A stretch of DNA of 64,000 nt. Source: Vicugna vicugna. Lineage: Eukaryota. A model generated the notes under the pieces. That model was not told where the DNA came from. It ran no database searches and worked only from the letters and a program-made list of their open reading frames with translations. The position numbers and the translations under genes are program-made. Location of the stretch: assembly GCA_013265495.1 (NCBI GenBank), contig MU058844.1, positions 10,934,184 through 10,998,183 on the forward strand, in the 5' to 3' direction. Every line of letters starts with the position of its first letter. Positions within the stretch are counted from its first letter, which is position 1. Positions 1-11,638 of this stretch are shown here, in pieces.

Positions 1-1169
1 GCCTATTCTTATTAAGTGAAATAAGTATGAAGCTCAACGCTTGAATATAGTAAGTGCTTCAGCAAGTGGCAGAATGAGGAAGCAGGAGAGGTTGCTCTAG
101 GATATCGAGAAAGCGTTTTTCTTTAAATAGAGAAGAAAAGCCCACAGATCCTCATTAGGCAGTCTTCCCAATAATGAAGGCACGCAGACACATTCTCCAT
201 TAAGCCGACAAGTGAATAAGCAGATGTCTATCCACTGGTTCCCTTCAGCTGGTGGACACTTGGTAGCATCCAGTGTAGGCGACGTACAGCACCATGTCTT
301 TGTCTAGCACTGTCTCCCTGGTCCTTTGATATAGTGGCCAGAGAACAGAGTCCATGTTTAGTCTGATGGACATTTTCATCGAAAACCATTCATCTCTTTC
401 TAGCCAGGAAAGGCTTTGGGGCTCAGATAGGTTTTCAAATGTGCTTTTAAAAATGGGCTAAATGTGTTCAAAGGAAGGAGGCTTGTTAACGTAACTTGAA
501 AGAAAATCACCAAACATACTGAGGAGAGAGGCAGGCCATACAGCGCGGAGAAAGGACCTAATTATGAAGTATAAGATTTGATACGCAGAATGGATTTCAG
601 AATAACTCCATCATCCCAGGATTCTTCTAAAAGAATCCCAGGAAGTCATCAAAAGAGGACTCCTGCTTATCAATGAAATACGGCATCATCTTAAGTAGAA
701 ATTCCATCTATCTGCAAATACAGATCTTGCTGCAAACTTTAAGGTGTTTTTTTTTCTCACTTTTCACTTATTTCACTTATACTTTCAGTTTTTGAACAAC
801 TATTTTAGCTGAGTTTTTTTTTTTTTTTTCACTTACTCTTTTGGTTTTCTAATTCAGCTGTTAGTGAAGTTGTTAGGGGAGGAGGATTTAGTAAGGTAAA
901 AACCTGGTGGGTAAGACATTTGAAATCATATTAACCACATGTCAGCAAACGTTGATAATACACAATTCTCTGCAACAGTGGTCAATATCTATAGATCTGA
1001 GTCATGTCTAAGTGATGACTGTCCTCTAAATAAACCATATAATTCTGCCCATACCTCAACTCCTAGGGTTCCCGTCACTGTGCCTTTAGTGCAAGTCTTA
1101 AGGTCAATTTTATTATGCCTTGAAATTAAGCACAATAAAGTAGAAACTAATTCAAACAGAGTGACATCC

Positions 1170-1260
1170 TTTCATTCATGACTATTTGTTCATCTAACCA
1201 CCGTTTGTCGAGAGCCTGCTACGTGCCAGTTATGAAGACAGAGTTCTCCTGTGGGACTAC
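1170..1260 (-). mobile_element. L2 LINE 3' end fragment (ancient)
   Basis: ttcattcatg...tttgtcgagagcctgctacgtgccag resembles the reverse-complemented L2 3' terminus. Confidence 0.55.
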
Positions 1261-1914
1261 AGTACTCCACAAAGACAGTTTGATTAAGGAGATAAGAGAT
1301 TACACAGTGCAAAACAGATTTACTGTTAGCAGTAGAGCAATGACTTGAAATGCTGTGTAATCATTGGTGAATAGGCTGGCTATTAAACCGACTTAAACTG
1401 GTATTAGAATTCAGCAAAAAAAATTACTCAAGAAAGCTTTTTTCAACATCATGTACTTCATGGTCTTGAAGAACAACACAATCTTTGCAGGCATCTGTCA
1501 TTAAGAAACAAACCAAAAATCCCTTGAACTTTCTTAGTCAGTAAACTGCAAGGCTAGGATAATATTTTCTCCATGAAAATCCAAAGGGAAATCACCATAA
1601 TAGCAAATTCTGATCGCAACGATAATCTGTAGTTCTGCAATTATTTTTTACTGATTAATTTATCAACTATGTAAGAGGTCAAATCTCAGTAAATCACAGC
1701 GTAATCTTAGAATAAAATGCTACTAAAACACAGATCCTATGCATAAATGTTCTTGCTAGTAGTTAATTTTGATAAGAAACACTTTTTTTTTAATTTTTTG
1801 ATAGGCATCTTAAATTTAAAATCATTACCACCATTGTTTCAGGTATTTAGGACACGTCCTTTAAAGACACACAAAAAAACCTCCCTGAATCTTCCTTTCG
1901 AAACAAAAGGAGGG

Positions 1915-2090
1915 AGTGGGTTATTAACTCACTTAATCCTCTAGACAATTTAATAATGTAGAGGCTGTATTATCCCAGTTTAACAGGTAAGGAAACTGAG
2001 GTGCAAGTAGGTTAAATAAATAGCCTGTCATAGAAAAAACAGGTGACAGGTGGAGGAGCCAGGCTTCAAACTCAAGCAGCATGCCTCCAG
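1915..2090 (-). mobile_element. MIR SINE
   Basis: Antisense MIR core: tattatcccagtttaacaggtaaggaaactgaggtgcaagtaggttaaataa...gagccaggcttcaaactcaagcag. Confidence 0.85.
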
Positions 2091-4619
2091 TTTCTTTGTG
2101 CGCATTCCGTCAATGTTTATATTAAATTGTTCTAGGTATTTCTCAGAATGTTATTTCACACTCATTAAACACACACACACAAACACACACAAAACCAGTC
2201 ACTCCCGCAGCGTCAGTGCTCCACGATCACCCAGGGACTTCCTCCCAAATTGCTCCACACCACGTTCTCATCCAGAAGAACAAGACCCAAGTTCAACAGA
2301 GTAAAGCAACTTCATTTTATCACAATTTCTCACATCACAGGCATTTCCATCCTAACTCACATACCTTAAGCTTATACCACCTCATTCTACACTGAGCAAT
2401 TCATGGATTTTCAGCCAAATAAAAATATGAATCTTAATACATGCTTGACCTTGAAATTTTTAAGGACACAGAAAATGCAATTAACCTACTAGGTGACCAT
2501 AGAGCAAACACTCTATTTCAGTGTTTCTCCCTTGCCCCACCCGCCATCTTTATCTACATATACACACATAATACAACAGGAAGTAAAATGCATGGCCCCA
2601 CAAAACCTTTAGGTAAAGGTCAAGGAAAGATTATTTTCTTCCTGGTCATTGCAAAGGTGTAGTTCACCGATACCAAGGCTACCAGTGATACTAAATAGAC
2701 ACCCATATGACCAATAAGTTTATTTCCCCCTGAGGTCCAACCAGTATTACCCCACTCAAGAGATACTGACAAAACCTGAATGCTGGGTTTGAAAAGTAAC
2801 CAAGTAACACTTTTCTTATCTTCTGAATTCTGATCCTGCTGGTCATTCAGACACCGCCTTAATATGACAGATTGTCTAGCAGCTGGGCAAAACTAAATAG
2901 AGCTTCTAAATTATTGTTAAACCCTTAGAAAAGTGTATTTTTCCCTCCTCAAGTATTTCAAAATATTTTAGCAACTGTTTAACTGTCACTTTAAGTTGAA
3001 ACAGTATTGAAAGGTAACAAGAAATACTGTTTTTATAGGAGAAAGGATTAAAAAAAATCCTAGAAATGTGAAGTCATAAAATTGAAAAGAAAATCTCAAA
3101 AGGCATATGAACTCAGTGCATGCATTCACAGCTTTTCCATCTTCAAGATTCAGATAAAGATTTTAATTAGGTCCCCTGAAAACTGTTGTTAACACTAAAA
3201 TAAAAATCCTGTGATCACTTTCTTTTCACAGAGCACTTAGGATACCATGCCCCAAAACAGAGTTTAAATTCCTGATTAACACTGCAATAGAAAGGTAGAG
3301 AAATATAATGTAAGCCATACTGCTTTCATTTAAGTACATTTTAGCGGATAGGTCTTTTAATATTTAGCACTCATTATTATACACATAGAGATGGGTTACA
3401 TATTTTATTTTTTGCCTCACATGCTAATATTTAACAAAACCCCAAATAAAAACTACTTATTTAAAGTTATTTATAATAACAAACATGCCATTATTGAAAA
3501 AAAATGCTCCAGGCCAATTATCACAGGTACAACAAACTGATGAAAACCAACTGGGTTTCACAATAAGAAAATATTTACATAAATTCTCAGTCTCTCCCTT
3601 GTATATCTTTTCCGTGTATATACCCATCATAATGATAGGGGGAGAGAGTACATATGAGACCATTTTTAATTTATCATTATTAATATCTGCTGGTCATTTT
3701 GATAATTTAATAATTAAGATACCTTCAAACATAAAATTTATGTTTAATTAATAAGTAAGCGTAATGAAAAGCTCAATAATGTGTGTTCTTTCAAGTTGGA
3801 GTACGCAAATAACGGAAGACAATATTTGATTTAATTCTGAAGCTGTCATTTGCAGAAGCCTAATTTTCATGGTCAAGGTGACTTCTGGATACACTAAGTG
3901 AATCCTTACACAGAACTGTACCGAAGAGAAAACAACATGTGTCAACCCTGTGGGTGGAGGTGACACACAATTTAAAATGTCTAATTACACGTTTCACCTT
4001 AGCTAAACACCCTGAAAGATGACATGATCTAATTGCAGATTAATGCATTATTTCTCTAAGGCTACAAATGAAGCAGCTAGAGGAAACAGCTCTCTGATTC
4101 TCTAAGTAGTCCAAGACTTCTGTTAAATGCCTTTGTTTGCCATGTAAATCTGAATAATCTATCTGCGTATCACTGACTCTAAAGTATAACTAAAATATTA
4201 GTGGACATTAAAATACCATTAAGGGTTGCTTTTGAAAATTGAATAGGTAAATATCATCCCTGATTAGGGGTGCAGAGCAAACCAGGCTAGACCTAATGAA
4301 AAATCTGATACACTGTCTTCCCTCATTACTCCCTACTTCTCACTCCCCCTTCTCCATGCCCCAACTTCTTTTCTTCTTGCATTTTTAATGAAAAATTTAA
4401 TAAGCTTTTTTCTCCTGGCAAAGTATCTTTGAGTCTTCCTAACTTCCTATTGTGGTTCGACTTTCCAAATATCATCAAAATTTGTGTTTGCTGGGCGCCT
4501 GAATTCTTTGAGATATTGCTTCCGGCGGATTACACAATTTGCCTCACTTCTCAACACAACACCTCCATTCGCTTTAAATGGAAAAAGACTCGAGGATTTG
4601 ATGATAACGATCCTGTGTA

Positions 4620-4730
4620 CACACTCATTCAGTCCATGCAGAAATGCTCTCCGAATACTTTGGAATGTGCCACACTCTGTGCTAGGAATGAAAAGATGGA
4701 CACACTCCATCAAAGTACTTCTAGAAGCTC
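4620..4730 (-). mobile_element. L2 3' end fragment
   Basis: ctcattcagtccatgcagaaatgctctccgaatactttggaatgtgccacactctgtgctagg follows the antisense L2 tail pattern. Confidence 0.55.
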
Positions 4731-4810
4731 TAACAACGAAACGCGCTGGGTGAGGTACGAGTGAGCAGCACATGGGCAGTATGTGCACTGAGGAGGGTTG
4801 CTCATTTTGA

Positions 4811-5049
4811 GGTTACAACAGATTGAATGTTTGTGCATTCTGAATTCCTAACCACCAACGTGATGGCCCTCGGAGACGGGCTTTTGGGTAGGTGATTAGG
4901 TCATAACAGTGGAATCCACATGAATGAGATTAGTGCCCTTATGAGAGAGACCACAGAGAGCTCCCTGGCCCCATCCACCACGTGCGGACACAGTGAGAAA
5001 GCTATCCATCTGGTAAAAATTTGTTATGGCTGTGCAAATGGACTAAGAG
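4811..5049 (+). mobile_element. MaLR solo LTR (MLT1A/MLT1A0-like), internally deleted
   Basis: ggtgattaggtcat...atgaatgagattagtgcccttat...gagaccacagagagctccctggccccatccaccacgtgcggacacag...tttgttatggc...atggactaaga matches the MLT1A-type LTR; the segment normally carrying AATAAA is absent. Confidence 0.85.
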
Positions 5050-5999
5050 GTGAAATCTTAGGCTGAATGACTTTTTCAGCTCTTCTCTGTATTGTTCAGT
5101 CCTATTCTCATGCTTTTCTATTTTTTCTAACTTCCTCCAGCTTCCCAATGATTGAGCCACATAACCTGTCTTCCAGAATCATACATTCCAGCATCAATTC
5201 CTGCCACTAATCTCTATTATGTCCCTATTATGCAGTTGAAGGCTGAGGGGATGGTGATGGTGAAGACAGGCTGTTCTGCTTTCAGGGAACCTAGGCAGTG
5301 AATTAAACTGAATATGTATTTAATTGCAATTATTAAGCACTTAGCATCAAGTAAAAAAATTCTGTCTCGTGGTTTTGTCATTTAAGGTTAACTTCCCCTT
5401 TCTTTCATTTGATTCTGATTTGCTTTGTTTTTAATAGTTAGCTTAAGAAGAAGGGAAAAAAAAGAAACCTCAGGATATAGAATGTGATTCAAGAAATCTC
5501 TAGTCTCTCCTTGAGGCAAACTACAAATGTTGGTCTTTTTTCTTGATGGAGAAAGGGTTGTGTCTTCCGGAGCAAACTCATAGAGTGATGGCTCTTTCAG
5601 GGGACCAGAAGCTACAGCGTTCATTAAGCCATTGATTGATTTTTACCTGGTGAAGAAAATGAACGTAAGGAAATGTAGAAGTAGAGAGATTTTACGGGGC
5701 TAAAACCTGCGAACACTGTAGTCTAGGAACATTCCAGAATCCCCAATAAATTAATAATAGTGACAACAGTGCTTTTTGGTAAAACTGCTATACAGTATTC
5801 ACGGGAACAGAGCATGAGTCATGGCATTCTGACAATCCATGCCGAAGTTGAAACGAAATGGAACTATAATTTATAGGACAATAGAACCCAAGACAGAGGC
5901 ACATGTAGTCCAGATTCTTTAAATATTCTATAAATAATAGCTCAGAGAGGCACAACTGACAATGAGCAGAGGCTGGATGATGAATCACCAAGTAGTTTA

Positions 6000-6660
6000 A
6001 GTAAAACCCTGCCTGATTAAATGCTTTGTTTTTAAACCACCTGCATCAGTGTCTGCTGTAGCAGGACAGATCAAATTGTTCTCGGGCTTTTTTCAAAAAA
6101 AGCAGGCGGGCTGACAAATGGTAGTTTTATTATATTATGAAACTGATGCCAAACTGAAGTGCTGAGCGTTGTGTAATTTCAATTATCTGCGTTTCGGCCC
6201 AGGATTGGGTGCCAGGCGATGCCAAAGACAGGGCTGAGGCACATGATCGAGCAGCTATGGTTTGGGGTTGCTGGCTTGTAATCTCATTTTGGTCTTCGTG
6301 GCTGGGAGGACTCATTTGTCCTTCCTTCCCTTCAGGAGTCCTTTTTGTTTATCCCACCAACCAGTTACCAGATGCTCCATCGACTAAGCTAATTAGCGGA
6401 GTCTCCTTCGGAAGCTGGTGCTTGCTGAGTGTGGTCATTGGAACAGACAGAAGTGCAGACGCTGGGGACATCCAGAATGATGCAGGCGCTCCAGCCAGCC
6501 CTCTTGCAGCCAAGCCACCAGGAGCGGCACGGCTGCTGTGACCAGACGATGGAGAAACAGCCCCTCAGGTCAACCAAAGATCTGGTCACTCACCTGGCTT
6601 TTGACATGATGCGGAAGAGTGGATCGACTAACTTGGTCACTGCACTGACTCCTAATACGG
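6000..6660. promoter_or_regulatory. Candidate enhancer / conserved non-coding element
   Basis: No recognisable repeat, GC and CpG above flanks, several TGCCA NFI-type half sites and TAAT cores. Function inferred only. Confidence 0.35.
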
Positions 6661-6929
6661 ACTAACAGAGTCTCATTATTTCCATGTTAACCACACCTTT
6701 CGTTTATACAGTGACAAACTGACACCACATGTTAAATAATACATTTTCAGCTACTGGTTCTCCCTTCCCCTGGAGTATTTTAGTTACTTTAAAATTTTTG
6801 TATTATTAAATTCCACATTACTGCTGTCCTGAAGACCTACCTAACCCCATTTGTCATATGTCTTCTATATTAGGACCCCCACTGGGGTGTCATTTTACGT
6901 TAAATCATACTTTGGGTCACATTCTTGCT

Positions 6930-7065
6930 CACATCCCTTCCCTCCCTACAACGCTGGTAGCTCCTGGAGGACTGGAGGACACGGACTCCACTTCTAATTC
7001 ATTTGTAGATCAGTAGGGTTCAGCATAAATCTAGTAACAGTTTGCTTAGTAAACAAATGAATTAA
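6930..7065 (+). mobile_element. L2 3' end fragment
   Basis: agctcctggagg...ttcatttgtagatc...cagcata...tttgcttagtaaacaaatgaa is L2-tail-like. Confidence 0.45.
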
Positions 7066-7394
7066 ACTCCTAGTTCCATACTAGAACGACCTATATATCG
7101 GAGATAACAATTTATCCAATAGTCTTGGTTTTGTAAAAAGTTAGATGTGAGGCTTCACTATGATAACAGCAGAATTATACTGATCTAGGACAAAGAGTTA
7201 ATCCACATCCGGAGAGTCTGGACTTCACTAGGAGTCTGGAGGAAATACATTGCCCATTCACACAGAAGACTGTCTCATTTCCCATGAAAAACAACCACCC
7301 CCAAATTAGTATAAAAATGTATTGGGTATAAAAACTTTATCTTTTGATATCCATGGGTGACGCTGCTCTGCATTTAAAATTAAAAGATATGTTT

Positions 7395-7722
7395 AAGTCA
7401 GAAAGAGAAAGAAAAATACCATATGATATCGCTTATATATGGAATCTAAAAAAAGGACACAAATGAACTCATCTACAAAACAGAAACAGATTCAGACATA
7501 GAGAACAAACTTATGGTTACCAGAGTGTAAAGGGGGTGGAAAGTGATAACTTGGGAATTCGAAATTTGCACCTCTCAGGGAGTGATGGAAATGTGAGCTA
7601 TCTTGATTGTGGTGGCCATTTAATTGGTGTACAGGTCTATCAAAATTCATCAAACTGTACACCTGAAATACGTGTAGCTTACTGTATAGGAATCATACCA
7701 TAAAAAACGTGTTTTAAAAAAA
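7395..7722 (+). mobile_element. L1 3' UTR fragment, chimeric (young L1 3' UTR joined to older L1M-type 3' end)
   Basis: 7395-7570 is L1 3' UTR, part of it homologous to 37710-37791; 7571-7722 resembles an older L1M terminus; imperfect flanking repeats taaaattaaaagat / taaaattgcaagat. Confidence 0.85.
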
Positions 7723-8019
7723 TAAAATTGCAAGATGCAGAAACCCATCAATCCTCATGAAACCATCTGTAAGTTGGTACCTTTGTGAAAGGGCAACTGT
7801 CCCTCCATTCTGGCCTCAGCAACCAAGTGTCCTGTTACAGATGTCACAGGGAAAACAGAACGGCACGATTTTGTTCACTAATTCTCTTAAATCCAGGGGT
7901 TTGTAGTTAAGGAAAACAAATTGAGAGTCAAACTCTCTGACTAAAAAGGCATGACTATGTAAGTATGTGTTTGGAGAGATTTTCTCCTGGTTGTCGGTAT
8001 GTCAACAACAGGGAATCAT

Positions 8020-8165
8020 TCACAGATAACTGGTTTGGAATATTAGCTTTGTCACTGACTAGCTATGTGTTTTGCAGTAAACTTTTTAGCCTCTCAGAAA
8101 TCCATTGTTCTGGGCTGTAAAATGGAGCTGATGGTTTCTACACGCAAAAGTGATTGTGATTCCAT
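8020..8165 (+). mobile_element. MIR SINE
   Basis: ctttgtcactgactagctatgtgttttgcagtaaactttttagcctctcag...ctgtaaaatggag. Confidence 0.7.
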
Positions 8166-8319
8166 AAAAACACTCTGGAAACTGGCTGGCACTTTGTACG
8201 TACTGCCCTGAAAGCAATCCCTTCTGATCCCTGGGGCTGAGCAGAAATTGTATCAAAACATAAATTCCACTAGAACGTATGATTATTTACATTATCATAT
8301 TAAGAATATACTTGAGAAA

Positions 8320-8650
8320 AGGATGGCTTAAATGAATCATGGTGCAACCATTTAATGAAATACAGTAGTGTCACAATTATAAAGCAGGTTCCTATGCATT
8401 CATACGTTATTTTATATCCTCTATGACTGAGTGAAAAAATAATCTGCAGAAGAATATTATACAAAACCCCATTAATGTAAAAGTATATATTTATACATTG
8501 TCAAAAATCTGAAAGGATTCACACGGAACTGACAATATTGGTTACTCTCAGGAGATATCATTCCTGAAAGGGTTTACTTGCTTCTTTGTGTTTTAGAAAA
8601 ATTTGAGAATTAGGATTTCACAGAAAGATGCTAAAACATTTGTAACTTTT
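8320..8650 (+). mobile_element. Ancient L1 (L1ME-like) 3' UTR fragment
   Basis: ggatggcttaaatgaatcatggtgcaaccatttaatgaaatac...aaaaatctgaaaggattcacacggaactgacaatattggttactctcagg. Confidence 0.65.
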
Positions 8651-11490
8651 GAAAAAAAGAACCTTACTCTGTTGCTATGCCCAAGTACTGATTATAATAT
8701 TCATTTACATCTCCTCTGTTCCTATTAAATTAGAGGCAAATTCGTATCCCAAAGGTTTTTACAGTTCAGATAATTCAATGTAATTTACATTGCCCCATTT
8801 CACCTCTGTTCCCTCTTTGGGCTAATGGGAGGGAAACTTCCTAACTGTTCTCTCCAACTCCTCTGTTTTTCTCTTATGAATCCTTTTCAATGTGACGCAC
8901 ATGCTACAAAGACATTTGTGAAATTCTGTTGTCTTTTCTCACTCAGAACTCAATTTCCCTACCTGGTTCCTTTTAATTCTCTTCTCTTAGAGAAACGTAT
9001 TTCTGCTCTATCCTATCTCAGATATTTTCTCTAGCAATCACTCAGAAACACCCACTGTCAGTCAATCTCTAGAATACAGACACTTCAAAGTGAATTATAA
9101 ATGAAATGGTGTGGTGATTGAAGTCTCTCAGATTGGGTATTATTTAAGGTTTTTAAAACTCAGCTATATTATCTGGTGACAACTCACACATCTAAACTCA
9201 CTTGGAATGATCCTGAAATCAGTGGACACATTTTACCCATTATTGTAGCTCTGCAAATATTGCTTGGTGTTATTTTGTGAAAATAAAGTTTAATTCACAT
9301 TTATCACTAATGCAGACACTCTGACTTCATACAGTGCATTTATCAATACTCCAGTAAGTATCCCATAGCAATTCTGTATTTCCAGAAATATCCTCTAAAG
9401 TAAAACTATTAAGACATTCTTTCTAGCATTTTCATGTCTGTGGTTCCTGAAATATCTGATCCTATGTTAGCCCAGGGAAATACCATGCCTTTCTTACTAC
9501 TATAGTCCTTGGTTTGGAGAAGTCCTATAGCCAATCACTAGTCGCTGGTATAAGGAAAATCTCTGAACTCAGTAGGACTAAAGAAGGAAAGAGGTGACCC
9601 TATTGGAGAATCTGGAATTTTACACTTGATACATTATAATGTGAGGACCCTGCTATCTACCAAAGGAAAAAGGGATTTTTAACTTAAGCTATGTAAGGAA
9701 CTTACATCTCAGACAGCAAATTGGAGACATACCTTTAGGATCAGCGTGTGCTCTGAAAGCATCTCTCTGTGGACACTATCTTGCTTTTGGCACAGGGACC
9801 ATGAAGGAAACAGATGCTACTTAAAATGCTAACGTGTTCAGTCTCATTTAAGATGCTCATATTTTTGTGATAAGATGAATGGCAAGTCAATTCTTGACCA
9901 GATTAGAATCTTGAAGAAACTGTCAGTCAAACACCACTTGTCATGCTTTGAGTTGATTAAATTCATATACTCCTATGCACACACGAATATAACAAATGCA
10001 GGTTTTACTCTGTGAAGCCCAAATTAATAAACAGAATGAGTATAGCTTCACTTCACAGAATTACACAGAACAGACATAAAATGGCCAGCAACTCATGTAT
10101 ATTATATCTGTAGAATGTTTATCATTAATAACAGTATATTTTCATTAAAATATGGGTTATGAACTATGCTAAATACTGCAGGCATCATTCATTTTCTGTC
10201 ACAGTATATTATAAAATTTAAAAAGGCAGTAATTAACCTGACATAAGTCTTTCTTACAAGCCAGCTGTTAATTTCTAGATGAAATAATACATTCTCTAAA
10301 TTATATTTTGATTAGGAGTAAAGAAAGCAATGTGACTAAATAAGAAAATTAAATGTGTCATTAATTGTAGAAAATGTTATTCTATGACTAATTCCCTCAT
10401 TTTGAGAGCCTTTAATATAGTGAGTTGCAGTAATATTAACTTAAAAAAATTTTCTGAGAAATGGTGTTCTCTCTTTTCCTAATTAAGTGGTTAAAATAAT
10501 CTGTAGGACTATTCACATATCATATTTATATCCCTTTCTATCACTACTGTTATTATTATTATTTTTTTTACACACAGTAATTCTGTGGTTCTTTAAAACC
10601 TCTGAAAAAATTGAACATGAAAATGCATAGCTGGTTTTTAAAACACTACTTGACAACGGGGATATTTTATTAGATTAAAATAAAGTACTACTAAGATTGT
10701 TTCTAAAGATTGGTTTATACAAAAGATCTAACTTGGTTACTTTTCTCTCACCATGTAAGGACTTTTAATGCTCTCAATTTTTTTTTTTAGACAGTACCTC
10801 TTGCATCAGGCCCAGGTTTCCCTAAATTAATGAAAATCACCTGAACAGTTCTATAAAGAGCAGTAATCTGAATAAAACATAGAAACAAAAACCAAAAATA
10901 ATCCTCGTCATCCTCCAAAGCTACATTTGCTATAGGAAGCCTTCCTGTGGTCTGTTTGCACTTAGAATACTGTCAGCTTGAACAAGTCATTTTACTACAT
11001 ATTTCAAAATTTTAATCTCTTCCTAGCCATCTCCTCTTCAGTGAATCTGTTTTTCTTTTCTGGATTCAAAGTTTTCTCAGGCACTGTTTCATCTAGTTGA
11101 ATTTGACAGCCTGTCTGAACAGTCCATAATGCTAAGTTAAATGATTTGGCTTTTTCACAGAAGCCCACCAGCCACTGGGTTTCCAATTCCACATCATGAT
11201 GTATAATCTAGCCTCAATGTGAGTGACATTTCTTTCAAGAAAAGGGCTTCACTAGCGAAAAATCTCCAAGGTGAAAATTCTTCCTCCTCTATCTTCTGAT
11301 CTATTTGCACTTGGCTAGGTTTTGCCCAAACGAGAGGCTAAAGAATTGAATAGTATATGCAGACCTCACCATCTAAAGCACCTTCTTGGAGGTTAATTCC
11401 TAAATCTGTAACATTCCTGCTGTTTGTCAGGAAACTAGGGGAGAACAGGAAGAAACCAAGCTGATGGAGGGAAGTAGCTGCAAATCTTTC

Positions 11491-11638
11491 AGGGAAAGAA
11501 AGAAGGAAGGAAGGAAGGAAGGAAGGAAGGAAGAAGGAAGGAAGGAAAAGAAAGTAAGAAAGAAAGGGAGGGAACAAGGAAGGGGAAGGGAAGGGGAGGG
11601 GAGGGGAGGGGAAGGAAGGGAAGGGAGGGGAAGGAAGA
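11491..11638 (+). repeat. Polypurine microsatellite (GAAG)n / (GGGAA)n / (GGGGA)n
   Basis: Directly visible near-pure purine tract of about 150 bp. Confidence 0.95.

Noticed and set aside
1428..1494. Minus-strand exon-like stretch (ACKDCVVLQDHEVHDVEKSFL)
   Set aside because: Weak donor (TGA|gtaatt) and peptide not recognised.
4429..4788. Three overlapping 89-113 aa ORFs on both strands
   Set aside because: No recognisable domain or splice context, and the right half is a decayed L2 tail.
6130..6665. Cluster of 61-110 aa ORFs
   Set aside because: Explained by locally higher GC content; no homology recognised.
10799..10822. Minus-strand 24-nt GKPGPDAR collagen-like microexon
   Set aside because: Breaks Gly-X-Y periodicity, weak donor, and no other collagen exons nearby.
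11370..11435. Minus-strand exon-like unit (FLTNSRNVTDLGINLQEGALD)
   Set aside because: Pyrimidine tract adjoins the microsatellite, several competing AGs, and peptide not recognised.
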